A DNA stretch of 64,000 nt from Octopus bimaculoides (GCF_001194135.2 NC_068983.1:103267181-103331180); one strand, 5' to 3'; positions 26,510 to 41,043 are shown, numbered from the stretch's first letter. Notes: generated by a model not told the origin, from the sequence alone. Made by a program: numbers and translations.

Positions 26510-26652
26510 AAATAGAAGTCAAATCTCTTTCAAATCACACTTTAAACTCTTAAAAAATATTTGAACATAATATGAGATGATCACAACATGAATGCCTCTG
26601 ATCATAGATCTACTGGATAACGGTTGACCTACAGCTAAAAACCAACACCAAC
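26510..26652 (+). repeat. Interspersed repeat family G (agaaatagcagccaaatct...gatcatag...gacctggggctaaacaac), probably a SINE/LINE 3' tail
   Basis: Related copies at ~3690-3880(+), 20390-20585(+), 21590-21720(-), 23870-23990(-), 24040-24240(-), 48590-48764(+), and a copy split by the 32349 element. Confidence 0.65.
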
Positions 26653-29600
26653 ATTTCTAAAACAAAATGCCTGGAAAGTGGGGCTCTAATCAAGTTGTTA
26701 TTGAATAATTTTACAAAAACCTGTATTTAAATGGCTTTTCATTCTTACACACACCAAACTTTTATTTTGGGACTCTTTTAGTGGATGATAATGGAAAATA
26801 GGTACTTTACCGTAGAGCTGAATGCCAACTGTTGATTTCTGTATATGGACCTGAGTTATGAAAACAAATCATTTCCAAAAGGAGATTTGGTTGGTGGAAT
26901 TTGAAGATAAGATTGGTATGATATAGCTTTAAAAATATTACAACTAAACAATATAATCACTGTAGTCAATAACTAGTAGCTTCCAACAATTACTACGAAT
27001 AAACATCCTCTCTCTGGTTTAACCATGGTAACATACTGTCGTGCTGTCCATCGTACCAGGACATCGTTTTTATAGCAATTAAAAAAGAATTACCAGCAGT
27101 GGGAGAACCTCTATATCTTGGTTTTGCTCTTTCAAATTGTTACTTTTTCAGAGTTTAAAAATGTATCGTCAGAAAAAAAAAAAATTGATTTGTTTAGAAA
27201 ACTTTAAAAACCAGCCTTTGGTTAATAATCTAACCCAGTTTTTCTTTATAACTGTATGAAATGTCTAAAATGGAAACTATATTTACAGATTAAAATAGAA
27301 TGTAGGCACTTCCAGAATAAAATAAAAATAAAACAATGACGTGCCACTTGCTGTTTTCCGGATAGACTTGAAGTATCTAGATGATGTAAATAGGAAGTGG
27401 GAGATTCCAACATAAATAATAGTCATAGAAAAAATAAAACAAAACATAATTGATGTAACACATACGACAAGGATATATAGTTAATTACACCTATCCCAAC
27501 AAATGGGATTGACAACTTGTCAAGATTTGAACCTATAAACCTAGAGGTACATAACTAAATACCTCAAAATATTTAATCCTTTTGATACCAAACTTGCCTG
27601 AAATCATGTTTGCTTCCTTCATACAGAACTGCTTTTTTAAAGAATTCATATTTAATTTAAAAACCTTTCATTGTAATTTTATGAAATATCATTCTTTTGA
27701 GATATATAACTAAATGCTTCCTAAATCCTAATTTGTTATTTACAAAATTAATTAAAACAAAACAAAAAAAACAAAAACAAAAAAAACAACCAGAAATAAA
27801 ACAAAGTATTTGATAGGAAATATAGTCATAAAATTACTGCAACACACTACCAACTTAGCCTTTCACCAGCAATAACAAAAAATTATAATTAGGAGGGATT
27901 CAATGAACAAATAAATAAATAAATGCACAGATAAATTCAAACTTATATTTTGAAGCTATTGGAAATCCAAAGAAAAATCAGAGTTTCAAGTAGGATAGAT
28001 AGATATTGCACTTTATACACGACAATGAAATAGGAAGTGGATTCACGTGAATCCTTGCAGAGATTACAAACACTAACAACATTAAAACCAGCAAAGATAG
28101 CCATGCTACACACTCCATACATAACTATGACTACAATTAACAGTGAATATGACTCATACATATTTAGTAGTGATGTCAAAGGGTAGGGGATTGAAGGAAG
28201 AGGTATGGGGGCATTCAAGATTAATTTGGTGCTTAAGAATAGCAAATTAAATAAATAAATGATTTTTTTTATGATTAGGCACAAAGCCAATATTTCTGGG
28301 GGGGGGGGGAAACAGTGGCAGAGGGGAGATTGCACAGTCAAAGGATGAATAAAGCAAAGTCAAACTTTAAATACAGAATTGAAGATTGAGTCTAATTAGT
28401 GATGCTTTTGGTTTCATGCTATACTGTCTCAGCCTTATTTATTGGCTCTAAAAAGGATGAGTTTATGTTATTACGATGATAACAGGAAGGTGAAGGCTTT
28501 CATGCATCCACCATGGAAAAACTGAAACAGTTCCAACTGCCTATTGAAATCAAACAACAGGTTTAAATAACAACAGTAATTGTTTCTAACATAGGCACAG
28601 GGCCACAAAGTAGTAGGTTAATCGATTAAATCTTTTTCCGCTGATAATTTATTTTATTGAATCCAGAATTTGAACTCAGAATGTAAAGAGTTATTGGCAG
28701 AATTTGAACTCAGAATGTAAAGAGTTAGAATGAAGATTGCAAGGCATTGTATCTGATACTCTAATGATTTCCTAACACAGGCACAAGGCCTGAAATTTAA
28801 GGGAGAGGAAACAGTCAAGTGCACTGAAACCAGTACATGACTGACTGGTACTATTTATCAATTCTTGGGAGATTAAATATCAAACTGGCCAAAGCAAAAT
28901 TTGAACTCAGACTGGAAAGAACTGCAATTAAATACCTCACTATTAATTCTCTCAATCTGTAACCCTAATTTCTAGCAGCAGTGATGATGATGATGATGAT
29001 TTCTAATAAGCAACACCACTCTTTTGGAAGAATAATGATAATAGGTAGCAGCAAGCAAAACTAAATCTGCTCCTTTGGCCAAGTTCCAACAACTTATCAT
29101 GGCAATTTGCAATGGTTACTGAAAATAGCAAAACAATACAAATAGTTAGTGAAAGCGAAGTCTAAACACCATTTTCAGACTGAACTTGAAAATCTAAAAA
29201 ATAATTATATCTGAAACAAATCTTATATACAGATATTTCTTGAGTTACAGCAACTTCGGTTACAAAGTTCTCCAAATGGAAATTGTAAAGTACAACCAAT
29301 AATTTTGAGAGAGTCTCTAATGTACTTTTAAAATCTTTAGTAAAATTAATTTTAAAAACTAAAATCACGATATGTATAAAATATATATATATATTTGATG
29401 TGGATTTCTTGTATATCACAGCTGCTATCAAGGTTTTCAGTCAAGCATATTGATCCCAGTGCAGTACATATTTGACTAATCTCTATTTGTCAAATGGCAA
29501 AGTTACTTTCTTAATAGAAAGAGATACAACTTGACACTGAAGTGCTGACCAGCAAACAAAAGGTAGAGACAGACAAATACATACACCATTATTCTAAACT

Positions 29601-30260
29601 GTCTTCCCTTACTTGCATCAAATAGAGATTTACACATACATAACTAGTATCTACCTAGATTCCATTTACACAAGGCTACAGCAGAGACTTGCCTAAAGTG
29701 CTGCACATTAGAACTAAACCTGAACCATGTGGTTGTGAACTGAACTTACTAACCACATAGCTATGCTTGCTCTTATTAGAGAAATTATGGTATGCTGTGT
29801 GCATGTGTGTGTATGATTACAGTTGTTTTCAACCAAATGAACTTTCCCATTTATTTGTGAAAATCATTTCAATTTGCAGAGATATCCTACCCATGCTAAC
29901 TAGGAACTAGGTAGAAGCCAGACAACTGATGCGACAAGCTACGAAAAATACTATAATAGTTATTCTGACATGTATTCTTTGTATTAAAATGTCAATAATA
30001 ATTGGTTTAATTAGCAACCATAAAAACCTTTATGTTTTACATTTTTTATTTTCTTAAAAAAAAAAAAAAGGAAGGATATTATCATTAGTACTGGCAGATC
30101 ACTGAAGACTACGTTTTTTGAAATTATGAGAGCCTTTCATCCTTTCATGAGCAAGATAATACCAGTAATATACTGTTCTCAAAAGCCGATTTCCCAATAA
30201 ATCAACCATACACTTTCACAAAAATTAACTTGGTGAATCGATATTTTTTTACCTCACATT

Positions 30261-30476
30261 AAGGTAGTGAGCTGGCAGAATCATTAGCATGCCAAGCAAA
30301 ACGCTTAGCAGCTTTTTGTTCATCTTTATGTTCTGAGTTCAAATTCTGCCACGATCAGCTTTGCTCTTCCTCCTTTCAGAGTCAATAAATTAAGTACCAG
30401 TTGAGTACTGGAGTAGATGTAATTGGCTTACCCCCACTCCAAGCTTGTTGGCCTTGTGCCAAAATGTGAAACCAAT
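30261..30476 (+). mobile_element. SINE family D
   Basis: Full-length copy: aaggtagtgagctggcagaatcattagc...ctgagttcaaattc...ggccttgtgccaaaatgtgaaaccaat. Confidence 0.85.
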
Positions 30477-31247
30477 ATTCTTACTTCATATTTATAAGAG
30501 AAATTAAAAAACATAAAAAAAAAAGCTTTTGTTTGGATTATTTATATAAAAAGTCCCACAAGTACCAGTGAAATGAAATACACAGTACATGGAGGAAACT
30601 GGTGGTGGTGGTGAGGAGCTTACTATTGAAACTTATGATGACCTATTTTCACATGAAAAATTTTGAGCATAAAGGCATTCATGAAAGGTAAAGTTTAACA
30701 ATATTCAAATTTGAATATGCTATCTATATTCACACAGACACAACACATACACCTGTATGTCTATTTATGAAAGCTGTTTACTTAGTTTCAAGACAGACCT
30801 TTAGTCTCATCAACTTTGACTCCAGGACTTTTACATATATGGAAAGTGTGCTGACAAGACACCTGGGTTTCAGTAAAATCCTACACAACATTCACTGACT
30901 GCACTCTGATCATTCTGCCTGTCACAAAAGAACTTTAGAGAAACCAACACAAGCAATGTCATAGTTTACACTAGATAGGAGATAGGATTTAAAGAGTGTT
31001 TAAGTGCATGCTCAAAGTCAAGTTTAGGAAAGAGAAATAGGTATAAAACAAAAACAACTAATATCTTCATGGATATTTACTTATACACCAGGAATGACAA
31101 GATTAGCTTATTCCAAAAGCCACATGCAATAAACATTAGATGGGAGCTGAAAAGCTTTACATAAAAACATTTCTATTGTTACATGCATATCTTATGACAA
31201 AAATTGTAAATACTTTTCAATACAAGTGAGTATGCATACATATATAT

Positions 31248-31510
31248 ATCATCATCATCATTGTCGTTTAATGTCCGCTTTCCATGCTAGCATAGGTTGG
31301 ACGGATTGACTGAGGACTGGTGAAACAAGATGGCTACACCAGGCTCCAATCTGATTTGGCAGAGTTTCTACAGCTGGATGCCCTTCCTAACGCCAACCAC
31401 TCCGAGAGTGTAGTGGGTGCTTTTATGTGCCACCAGCATGAAGGCCAGTCAGGCGGTACTGGCAACAGCCACGCTCAAAATAGTGTATTTTATGTGCCAC
31501 CCGCACAAGA
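31248..31510 (-). mobile_element. RTE LINE 3'UTR-derived repeat (family C)
   Basis: Homologous to 12268-12660 and begins with (ATC)n. Other diverged copies: ~2175-2370(-), 5850-5990(+), 7540-7740(-), 9410-9575(+), 11590-11748(+), 15570-15760(-), 37845-38030(-), 47200-47310(+), 51870-51920(-). Confidence 0.85.
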
Positions 31511-31693
31511 GCATATATATATATATATGTATTTATTTTCAAAATGTAATCACATGTGAATCATTGGCAATTTTCTTCCTCCGTCTTCCCTTCTATTGAA
31601 CTTTCCTCTGTTTCCAAAGAAGAGCGTCAGCTTGAAACATTAAGCCATCTTTCTTTCCTTCCCTGAGCGTCTGCTAATACTTTNNNNNNNNNN

Positions 31694-31734
<41 letters not shown>

Positions 31735-32131
31735 CATGCTTTATATATATATAACATGATTTCAGGTGTATGCTAATTCCAGAAAACTCAAATGCAGAAT
31801 AGAATGTTTTATAGATCTTCACTGTACTATTCATTAACAGTTGGATTTGGACAATGTCATTCCACTCAGCATTTCTAGGCTTTTAGGCAAGTCTGATATT
31901 ACATATCCCAATACATCTTTGATGATAAGTATATACTTGTTATGTAAACATATGGTATGAATTTAAAAAAAATATCTGTAATGAGTCTCTTACATAATTT
32001 TTACACTAAATTTAATGCTGAAAAGAAATTGGTACACTATGAGTTAAGATTAAACTACTCAAGAACAATATTGTGAATCAAAGCTTTCAATTTGATTGCA
32101 CTGGATATATATATGCATACCACAGATCTAG

Positions 32132-32190
32132 TAGTGGTTCTCAACCAGGGTCCATATAAGATTTTGTTGTTAAAATTTATGTGAATAAAC
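32132..32190 (+). mobile_element. Left-end fragment of the hAT-like MITE family also found at 56060
   Basis: tagtggttctcaaccagggtccatataagatttt matches the start of 56060-56568. Confidence 0.6.
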
Positions 32191-32348
32191 TGGTTATTCA
32201 AACTGTTAGAAATATCAGTCAAATTTGCCCCAAATCACACTATATTGTCTTAAAAAAGGAAGAAAACAATATTTGGTTGTAGATACATTATGTCTAAATA
32301 AAAGACAGGATGCTGATGCTCACAGCCAGAATTTTGATCATAGGTCTA

Positions 32349-32922
32349 GGATCTTTTTTAAAACGGGGGCCACATTTTTCAATAATGTTTTACGTAGTGT
32401 TTTTGGTAGCGAAAGACTTTCAAACTTCGTATACTTATCTATTTTGTGTTATAGAACAGAAAAATATTTTTGTATTCAAATTTATATCATGTAAAAAATT
32501 GTCTTATTTCGATAATTTCAACCAATCACCGACAAGTATTCAGTTGTTTACATTTACTCCTTTGGTTGATTAAGCCATAGCTTCGTTTTATTTGCTTTTT
32601 TCATTTTCTTTTTTTTTCTTCGTTTTATTTGCTTTTTTCTTTTTAATTTTGCTGTTTTACCCTAACCTTATCACCGATAGAATTGTTTCAGAATCGTTTG
32701 TTTATGTAGTCGGCACTTACTGTATATCGGCTGAATGGACGTCAGTGATTGGTTGAAATTACAGAAATACGACAACTTTAACATGGAATAACTTAGGGAT
32801 TTCTTTTTTTTTTTAAGAAGACTAAGAGAAAAAGATGTTTTATATGACACATTCTACCAGTGTTCCAAGTTTCAAAGTGTTTCGTTAATGAAAAATGTGG
32901 CCCCCCGTTTTAAAAAAGATCC
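32349..32922. mobile_element. Non-autonomous TIR DNA transposon, Merlin-like (GG termini, 8-bp TSD)
   Basis: 33-bp TIRs GGATCTTTTTTAAAACGGGGG(G)CCACATTTTTCA differ only by one G; perfect 8-bp direct repeat TAGGTCTA at 32341-32348 and 32923-32930; no coding ORF; CpG-rich interior. Confidence 0.85.
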
Positions 32923-33656
32923 TAGGTCTATTCAATTCAGAGTGAATCCAAGGTTAAGCCACAATCTATCCACAATTCATCTATAAATAAAGTCTACCTT
33001 TCTTCCAAAAGCTGATTATAGTTCATAGATGTTCAACGCTTCTTGGGATTATTTTATCTGTCCCTATTATATCTCTAGTTGTTTGCTTTCTTATCTTCCT
33101 CCAATTCTTCTAAACAATTACTGCAGCTATCATTATCAGTAAGGTTCAATAGGCAACCAAAGAGACCTTGAAAAGTACATGAAGACAATCAGAAGTCACT
33201 TTGTACCAACCAAATGAACACAAGAGAAAATTACTCAGATTTCAAATAATAGCCCTAAATTTCCTGCATCTCTTTCTATTAAGTGGATCTGGGTTTTTTT
33301 TTATCTTGCTTTAGCAGAACATCTGACAAGGGAAAGGGAGGTGATGATGGCAGTGGTATTGTCAGAATGAAATTGTTTCTCTATAGTTACATTGGCAATC
33401 ATCTATTAGCATGTGAAGGTAATTGTCTTTAAAAACAACTTATAAATTATGGCTGCTGATAGATGAGAGGGAGTAATATGTATGAACATAAGGGAATGTT
33501 GAGTGTGACCTTGGACCTACTTGATAAACATGGGTACTTGTGGTGCACACAACAACAAGCTATAAATACCACCAGAGAATTTAAAATTACCAAAAGAAAC
33601 TACTACAATTGATAGCAAGGGAATGGAGAGAGAGGATGATGATGATGATCTACATA

Positions 33657-33870
33657 TTTGGTTTCAAATTTTGGTACAAGCCAGCAATTTTGGGGGAGGG
33701 GACTAGTCAATTACTTTGACCCCAGTGTACAACTGGTACTTGTTTTATTGACTCCAAAAGATGAAAAGCAAAGTCAACTTCAGTGGAATTTGAACTCAGA
33801 ATGTAAAGATGGACAAAATGCCACTAAGCATTTTGCCCAGCATGCTAACAATTCTGCCTGCTTGCCACCT
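33657..33870 (-). mobile_element. SINE family D
   Basis: Reverse complement of the 30261 copy. Other diverged copies: ~11400-11580(-), 15065-15320(-), 25310-25510(+), 25715-25830(-), 28585-28960(-, two), 39185-39300(-), 47440-47690(-, two). Confidence 0.85.
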
Positions 33871-35806
33871 GATGATGATCGCAACATGAAAAAAAAACAA
33901 TAACAAAATTTGCATGTATGAAGCTGTAAAAGACAATTAAAAAAGGGAAAATGCCAAAATGCTTAATCTTATTTTGTGACAGAAACATCATTAAACTATG
34001 ATCTATCAAGCTCCTATGATAATGCAGTGTGTGAGCTAATGACTTAATAGTTCAAGCGAAATCTTATCTTAGCAAAAAACCTTAACAAGAATAATTGTAG
34101 GAGAGGGGACAAAATTACACAGAACTGGAAACTGGTACAAACAAACCTGAGCAACGTTACCAACATCCTTCATGAATTACAAAGAAAATATCTGCTATGT
34201 AAGCATTATATTAAAAGTAATTTGTGAAAAGCTCTTATTGATAAATGTGAATCATGTGAACACTTTAAAAAGAAAGATACAAAAAAACATTTTTAAGAGA
34301 AATTTTTGAATTGTCTTATACACTAATTAGAATCTAGTGGAGCACCAAGTAATGGCAGGTGAGTGGGATTTAGTTTCATTGAGTGTAAGGGGAAGAAATG
34401 ATTTAGTAGTAAAGCCAGTTGCATTTTAATCTCTGTGGGAGGGCAGTCAGGAGGTAACTAATTAACAAGTGACACAGACACTCAAGGGTGTCATGTTCAG
34501 TCAAACAATTTAGTTTTTGATCTCGGACCTGGCAGTAACTGGCATCTACTACAGAACTTGAAGATGTTTGAATTGGCTAGCCTTCTGCAACTGAGTACAA
34601 TTCATTAAAAATATGAATATAAACAAATGGGAAGAAAATCTCCAGTTTTGTGGGGTGAGATCTGAATTAAAGCAAACATGATCCCCTTACATTAAATGAA
34701 TGATAAATATTGATTGATTAAATTAGCATAAGATCACAAATTTTGGGGGGGAGGAGGAATTTTACCCTAACTACATGCTTAAAAGTTATTTTATGTATTT
34801 AGTTAATGCTCCTAAAATACAAAATTTAAGCAATTTTCACTTATTTGCTAAAACACTAAGGGATCATCCACAAGGCTGACAGTAAATATAGTATATATTT
34901 TATCAACTTGGAATAACTGATGGCAAAATAACCCTGGCAGAAAATTGAATCAGGATACAGAGAGAGACAAACTAAAATATTCTAAACTATTTACCATACT
35001 TATTTGTATCTAATATGTATATATTATTTTTAAACCAAGAAATTAGGGGTACACTTCATACATAAGAATTAAATTCTATTGATTTAAAAAAAAATTGTTG
35101 TTCCTTAGATCTAAATTTACACAATTTATGCCTCACAAACTTATATATGAAACACTGAATGGAGTAGTATGAAATGTGCTTTCACTTTCTGACAATCTAA
35201 AATGCTGTTTAAATGAATTAAGATCTTGATTGGAAAAAAAGTTGAGTTTCAGAATTAAGCAGACACACAACTTTAAAAAATTGTTTTTCACCTCACTAAT
35301 AAAATCTTGAAAAAGAGAGATTTAGAGAAAAATCTTGTATTTAAATTAACCTTTTTTTTTTTTTACTGAAATCCCTAGACACGATTGGACAACATGAGAC
35401 TGTCCAATGGAATTATTGCTATCAAACCTTAAGTATGGAAAACTAGATCATAATACTTGTATAACAGAAATATGTAAATAAATACTTTCAATATCTGAAA
35501 ATGAACACAGAATGAAACATTTCTTGTTTTTAAATACTTTAATTAGAATGTAAATACTTTCATTATCGAAAATACTGCTTTAACTAATTAATGTGAAGAT
35601 TTAATTAATAAATAATCAATAAGGATAATACATAAATACTGTTATTATTGAAATGTGAACATAAACTGAAATAAATAAATACATCTGTTCCTGAAATACT
35701 GTAATTACTCAATGTAAAGATGAAATAAATAAGTAATCAATAGCCGAAATACAAATGAAAAGTCATTGTTGGAGTTGAAGACCTTGATTTTTTATAATAA
35801 ACATAT

Positions 35807-36029
35807 TTAACCCTTAAGCATTCAGATTACTCTGTCCAATGTAATGTTTATTTATTCACATTGTTTTGAATTAATTGGGCATTATCTTGTAGATATGAGA
35901 TTTCAATGATGTTATTGTATATTTAAAAAATGACATTGTAGGGTAGTTGAGAAATGCCAGATCTGGCCAGTTTGAACATAAAACTGATATTTGGGCTGGA
36001 TATGGCTGATTTAAATGCTAAAGCATTAG
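35807..36029 (+). mobile_element. piggyBac-like MITE (TTAA family E), near full length
   Basis: TTAAcccttaagcatt ... aatgctaaagcaTTAg; collinear with 54075-54299. Confidence 0.75.
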
Positions 36030-36199
36030 AAGAAGGATTCACTAATGAAAATGTTTACATTCTGGGGCGACTTTTATATTTCTACATATGGAAGGTTGAG
36101 GCAACAATTCCACAACAGACACTGCTATCTACTTGTACTAATTTTTATAACGTCTTCAAATTCTGCAGGGACTTTTGCAGCGTGAGTTTCTCTATAAAG

Positions 36200-36700
36200 C
36201 AATGACTCCACCCAACATTGGCCTTAAAGTTGTCAGCATTGTTTAGGAGTGTGAGTTTAGTAATATGATGTGGCCTAGCTTAGTAGTATGGTTGTTCTCA
36301 TCTTTTTCACAATTTCCAGTACCTAGGTAATGTATACCAACTGTACTAACTCCAAAACTGACCATCCAGCATTCTTTCACTGAGTTAACCAGCTCTTCTT
36401 CTAACTTAAATTTGCAGAACCCACATCATTTGCCTTCATTAACTCTGGCATGGATCTTTTTATTTTGGAGCTAGAGTCAGATACTGAACTCAATATACAA
36501 AATGATAACCAGCCACCTAGTTTCCACTTTCCTTTCCATATAGGTAAGACTGCCCTCAATTTCTCTACATGTGACTATGAGCTTCACTTACATAGCATGG
36601 TCAAGAATGACTGTGATGTCCACATGTTTATATTATAATCCTTCATTCAACAGGTGACATTTCAGTGTTTCACTGTTTGCCATGTGTTCTATATGAACCA
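36200..36700 (-). mobile_element. Highly decayed RTE-like LINE 3' ORF fragment
   Basis: Minus-strand remnants MERKVETRWLVII (cf. QLRW.GHV) and KRMLDGQ (cf. KR..GGQ) in the expected order, with many stops and frameshifts. Confidence 0.4.
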
Positions 36701-36859
36701 ATAAGAAACAAGTAACACATCAGGCATTTTTTAATGTCTATCACAATACTGACTGTGGGATTTCTGTTATGTTAACATTACAGGTAAAAGTCCAAAAGTT
36801 ACTTTTGAATTTGCATATTTTTTTCATGTGGGATGTGTGAACTTTCTGGGCGTATTATA

Positions 36860-37015
36860 TACAGTAACCTGATTAAATTCGATTTTAAATATATAAAAAA
36901 AAAGTTTTAAAAAACCCTGCATTTTATATATGTGGGATATTTTTTTTGAAATTTCATTACCCATAATTAGGTGCATATTATGCACTAATGCAAACTATTT
37001 ATGAATAAATATGGT
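36860..37015. mobile_element. Possible Tc1/mariner-pogo (Tc2-like) MITE right-end remnant
   Basis: Ends gcatattatgcac...tatttatgaataaataTGGT, resembling a decayed ...AAATACGG-TA terminus; no left TIR was identified. Confidence 0.3.
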
Positions 37016-39957
37016 TTCCCAACACTCTGCTACACTGGAAACTCAAGCACCTTTTACTGAAGGTGGGTTGAATAAGAAAAAAAGAATTAATGATGTAACA
37101 AAATGGAAAATATAAACAAGAATTTGAATGGTTACAGAGACATGACGGTGAATTCTTGACCCCATATTTCAGAATTAAAATTTCGAACTACTAAAACATG
37201 CTTCCCTCTGCCTAAGCAACAACAAAGTCCAATCCTACTTTCAGAATTAAGTTGGTAACAGTAAAAAGGACAGTCAGCTGTAAAAAATGCACACACACGT
37301 AAAAACACATGCTCCAACAGGATGTAAATGCCACCTCCACATATGAACAAATAATAAATAGATGTAAAACAGCAATACACACACTCCAGTTGAGTCACAA
37401 GTGAAATATACAGAATGTTACATTAATACAACAGGTGAAACTGAAGACAGGTAAGGATGAATGCAAGTCTGACAAGAAACAGCCTTCTGTCAATGTAACT
37501 GAAGTCCTATGTTATTTACAGCTTTAAGTTAACTATAAAGCTAGTTTAAACATCATTGAATAGAACAAGATATGTAACAGATCACTTTGAAAAGAAATGA
37601 ACGTCTCAACTTCCTTTTATTTATCATTATCATCATGGAAAATGGTAAGCTGTGACATTCATTTCTTTCTGAATTGTTTGATTCTGTGTTACTATCTTAT
37701 ATTCAATGTTGTTTGAACTAACTTATTTTCCTTATACCTTAATAATAAATAGAACCTTTGCACAGAATCAAAAGAATTAAACTTTTCAAAATGTAAAACA
37801 ATTCTTCAGTGTAGAAAAACTAAAATGGTACTAATATCATCCTCATCATTTAACTGCTGGCATGGGTTGGACAGGATCTGATGGGTCCAAGGACTGCATC
37901 ATGCTCTAATGTTTGTTTTGGTATGGTTTCTATAGCTGGATGCCCTTCTTAATAACAACCACTTTACAGTGTGCACTGGGTGCTTTTCTCGTGTCATTGG
38001 CACCAATGAAGTTGCCATAAAGCTTACAAACCTACAAAACTCTGCCAGCAGATGATGGCTGAATATTAATTATTGACATAAGTACTATATGTATCTTGTT
38101 GTGTCTTTAATTATTATGGAATAATACATCTAAATTTCATTGTAGATTAAGGTGCATGGCTTTTGGAAGGTTATTTATAGTTTAGAAAGTAAATTATATC
38201 AAACATAAAAGTCAGCAGAGTTCTAGAAGATAAAATATTCTTATGGAATGGAGGAATTTCAATAACTTATATTCTACCAATCTGACAATCACTTGGATGT
38301 GATTTTAAACAGAAATAGTAAAAATACATAAATGTAGTATATTTTGTTTAAATATGAATGGAACTATTTAAAAAAGTAAATAAAACTAATCAAGTGAAAT
38401 AATATTCATGTAATTCAAGTGGCTTAACATGCATATCTCAGTTAAGTCTTCATATCACAATGCATGTGCAGAAATGAATGTCAATAATGACCTGTACAAA
38501 TAGAAACAAGACGCTTTTGCATGCCTGAGCAAAAGAATACACACACACACTTAAAGTATGTACCTAGTTATGCATGTAACATACACTTATACACGCACAT
38601 ATAAATAAATACATATACATCAGTAACAAAAATAGATATCTTGGTAACAGTTTAAAAACATACAAACAACACATATACATAGCTTTTCTTGCAATCTGTT
38701 ATCTGACAATATTCCTTGCTTATATTTAGATTAAATCTTCAAAAGATAATTCTCAACAAACACAGACACCAAAGTAAAAATCTAAAACTAAAAATGGAAA
38801 GAAAAAAAAAACCTACAAATCTTTACCAACTAACTCATTTGATGATATCTCAATTTGATAACAAGCAATGTTATTATGGTAGGACTATCATCACTTCCAT
38901 CTTGATAGCAGATACATCAAGATGGTTTCTGCACAAATTTAAATGCTCAATGGAGATTTTATTTTATTTTATTTTTTTAGAAATTAAACAATTTTTAAGC
39001 ATTTAATATTTTTATTTAAACTTTTCTAAATTTCATTTATGGCATTACAATAGAGAAACACAAAACAAATAGGAAATGTAGAAGAGTTGTAATAATTGGG
39101 TTGGCAGGAATAAGCTAAATATGGTCTTTTGGTTTTTGCAACATGAAATTTGGAGAAATGAATAAGAGGCAGGATAACTTTTTACATAAGGATAGGACCA
39201 GAAATTTGGGACAACCCTAGTATTATTTTGACCTAGGTGGAATTTGAACTCAGCAAATCATTTTATCTGATGCTCTAACAATACTGCCAATCCATTTTCT
39301 TTCAGAGATGTAATAGTGCCGATGCTTGGTAAATAATTGGTTGAAAGAGAAAGTACTTCATTCCTTTAGAATTTAGATTACTTATTCACATTGCATTATT
39401 TCGTAACATTGAGATTTTGATGATGCAGCTGCTTATTTTTAAAATGACATTGTAGGGTAGGTGTGAGAGGTCATATCTGGTTGGTTTGAATGCTAAAGGG
39501 TCAAGCTGATAATTCAGGAAATGTGGTCCAAAAAGGACCTGGAGGGAAACATGCAGGTAAAACAGGTCTAAGAATTTTTGTTCTCTAACAGATGAAATCA
39601 CAAAGCATTAAGATATATGAAGAAATACAGCACTGTGGGACAATAAAAAGAAGACTATGCCAGCAAAGGAGAAATAAATGCCAATATGATGATTATGATG
39701 ATGATTTAGTTTTTCTTTCATCTCAGGTAAATAATTAAGCAATTTTAGGAAGGTAGTGAGGGGGATTAAATAAATGAATAAAAATAAAGTTTAATTAAAT
39801 GCTGATTGTAAAGAAAGCTAATGAATAGCTAGTAGAAAGGGGAATAGAACATTGGCACATAATGAATAGTTGAGTGCTTCTGACAGTAGAGGTAATTCCT
39901 TCATTTACGAAGGCCACACGAGTCATGATCAACCAAGGAATAATAATATAGAAAGGA

Positions 39958-39997
<40 letters not shown>

Positions 39998-40007
39998 NNN
40001 NNNNNNN

Positions 40008-40043
<36 letters not shown>

Positions 40044-41043
40044 CACATACACAAATAAAACTATATAAATAGACACAAAAATATATGTATGTACGTGCAT
40101 GTTTATGTGTATGAGTGCACACACACACCTTAGCTCTACTGTACTTTGGCTTTAGAAGAATTAACGTAATTTGTCTGTTTTGTTTTTATATTTTTCTAAT
40201 GAGGGTTGAAAAAAAAAAATGATTTTTTTTTATAATAAAAACTCAAAGATAGATACAAATAAACAACCTAAACAATTAAAAAGCAAGTGTAAAAAAAAAA
40301 CATTATGCAAGGTAGGAACAAGGGGAAAAAACTTTATACAATTTATACAAAAAATAGGTAATCATAACTATCCAGGTTCAAATTGATATAGCATACATAC
40401 ACACATATTTCAAGTGTACTGACTGAAAAATGCAGAAGGATGGAAAAGATGGAGGGGTGGGGGGGAATTCTAAATATTTTGAAGAGAGCATAATGCTAAA
40501 AAAGTTTCAGGTCAGAGAAATCTGGAAATTAGCCAGATGCTTTACTGCAACTATAGTACTTAAGACTGGTTTGGTTGAGTTGTAGAAAACAAGGGAAAGA
40601 ATAACAGTTTAAAATATAAGCTGCAATGAATTGGCCAAGATCTTAGCGTTATAACATCTTTCAAGTGAAGTCAACAATTTTTTTCTTTTTTTTTTTTAAG
40701 AGATAGAAAATTTATATTATCAGTTTAGAAGTGCAGACATTTGAGAAAAGAAAATTAAAATTTATCTATACTATTACATAATAAATGATTTGCTACATTC
40801 CAATCAAACCAAAGATTACACACATATACACACAGAGAGATAGAGGCAAGCCATGTGGGTGAGATAGAGAAGTTTGCTTTAGGTTCAATCCCGCTGTGTG
40901 GCATTTTGTGCACATGTCCTCTATCATCCCTAAACATACGCGTAGATTTGCCAGACAGAGACTGGAAGAAACTCAGTGTGTTTGTGGGTGCATGCATGCA
41001 TGCACGTGCACACACACTAATATGTGTATGTATTTACATTTGC

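Noticed and set aside
28660-28730. 28-bp direct repeat agaatttgaactcagaatgtaaagagtt
   Set aside because: It is a local duplication within a family D SINE B-box region, with no independent significance.
30638-30648. RORE/RevRE-like site AAAATAGGTCA (minus strand) suggesting autoregulation
   Set aside because: A rough composition-based estimate expects one to two such matches by chance in 64 kb on both strands. The same holds for isolated CAAGGTCA sites near 51206 and 53955.
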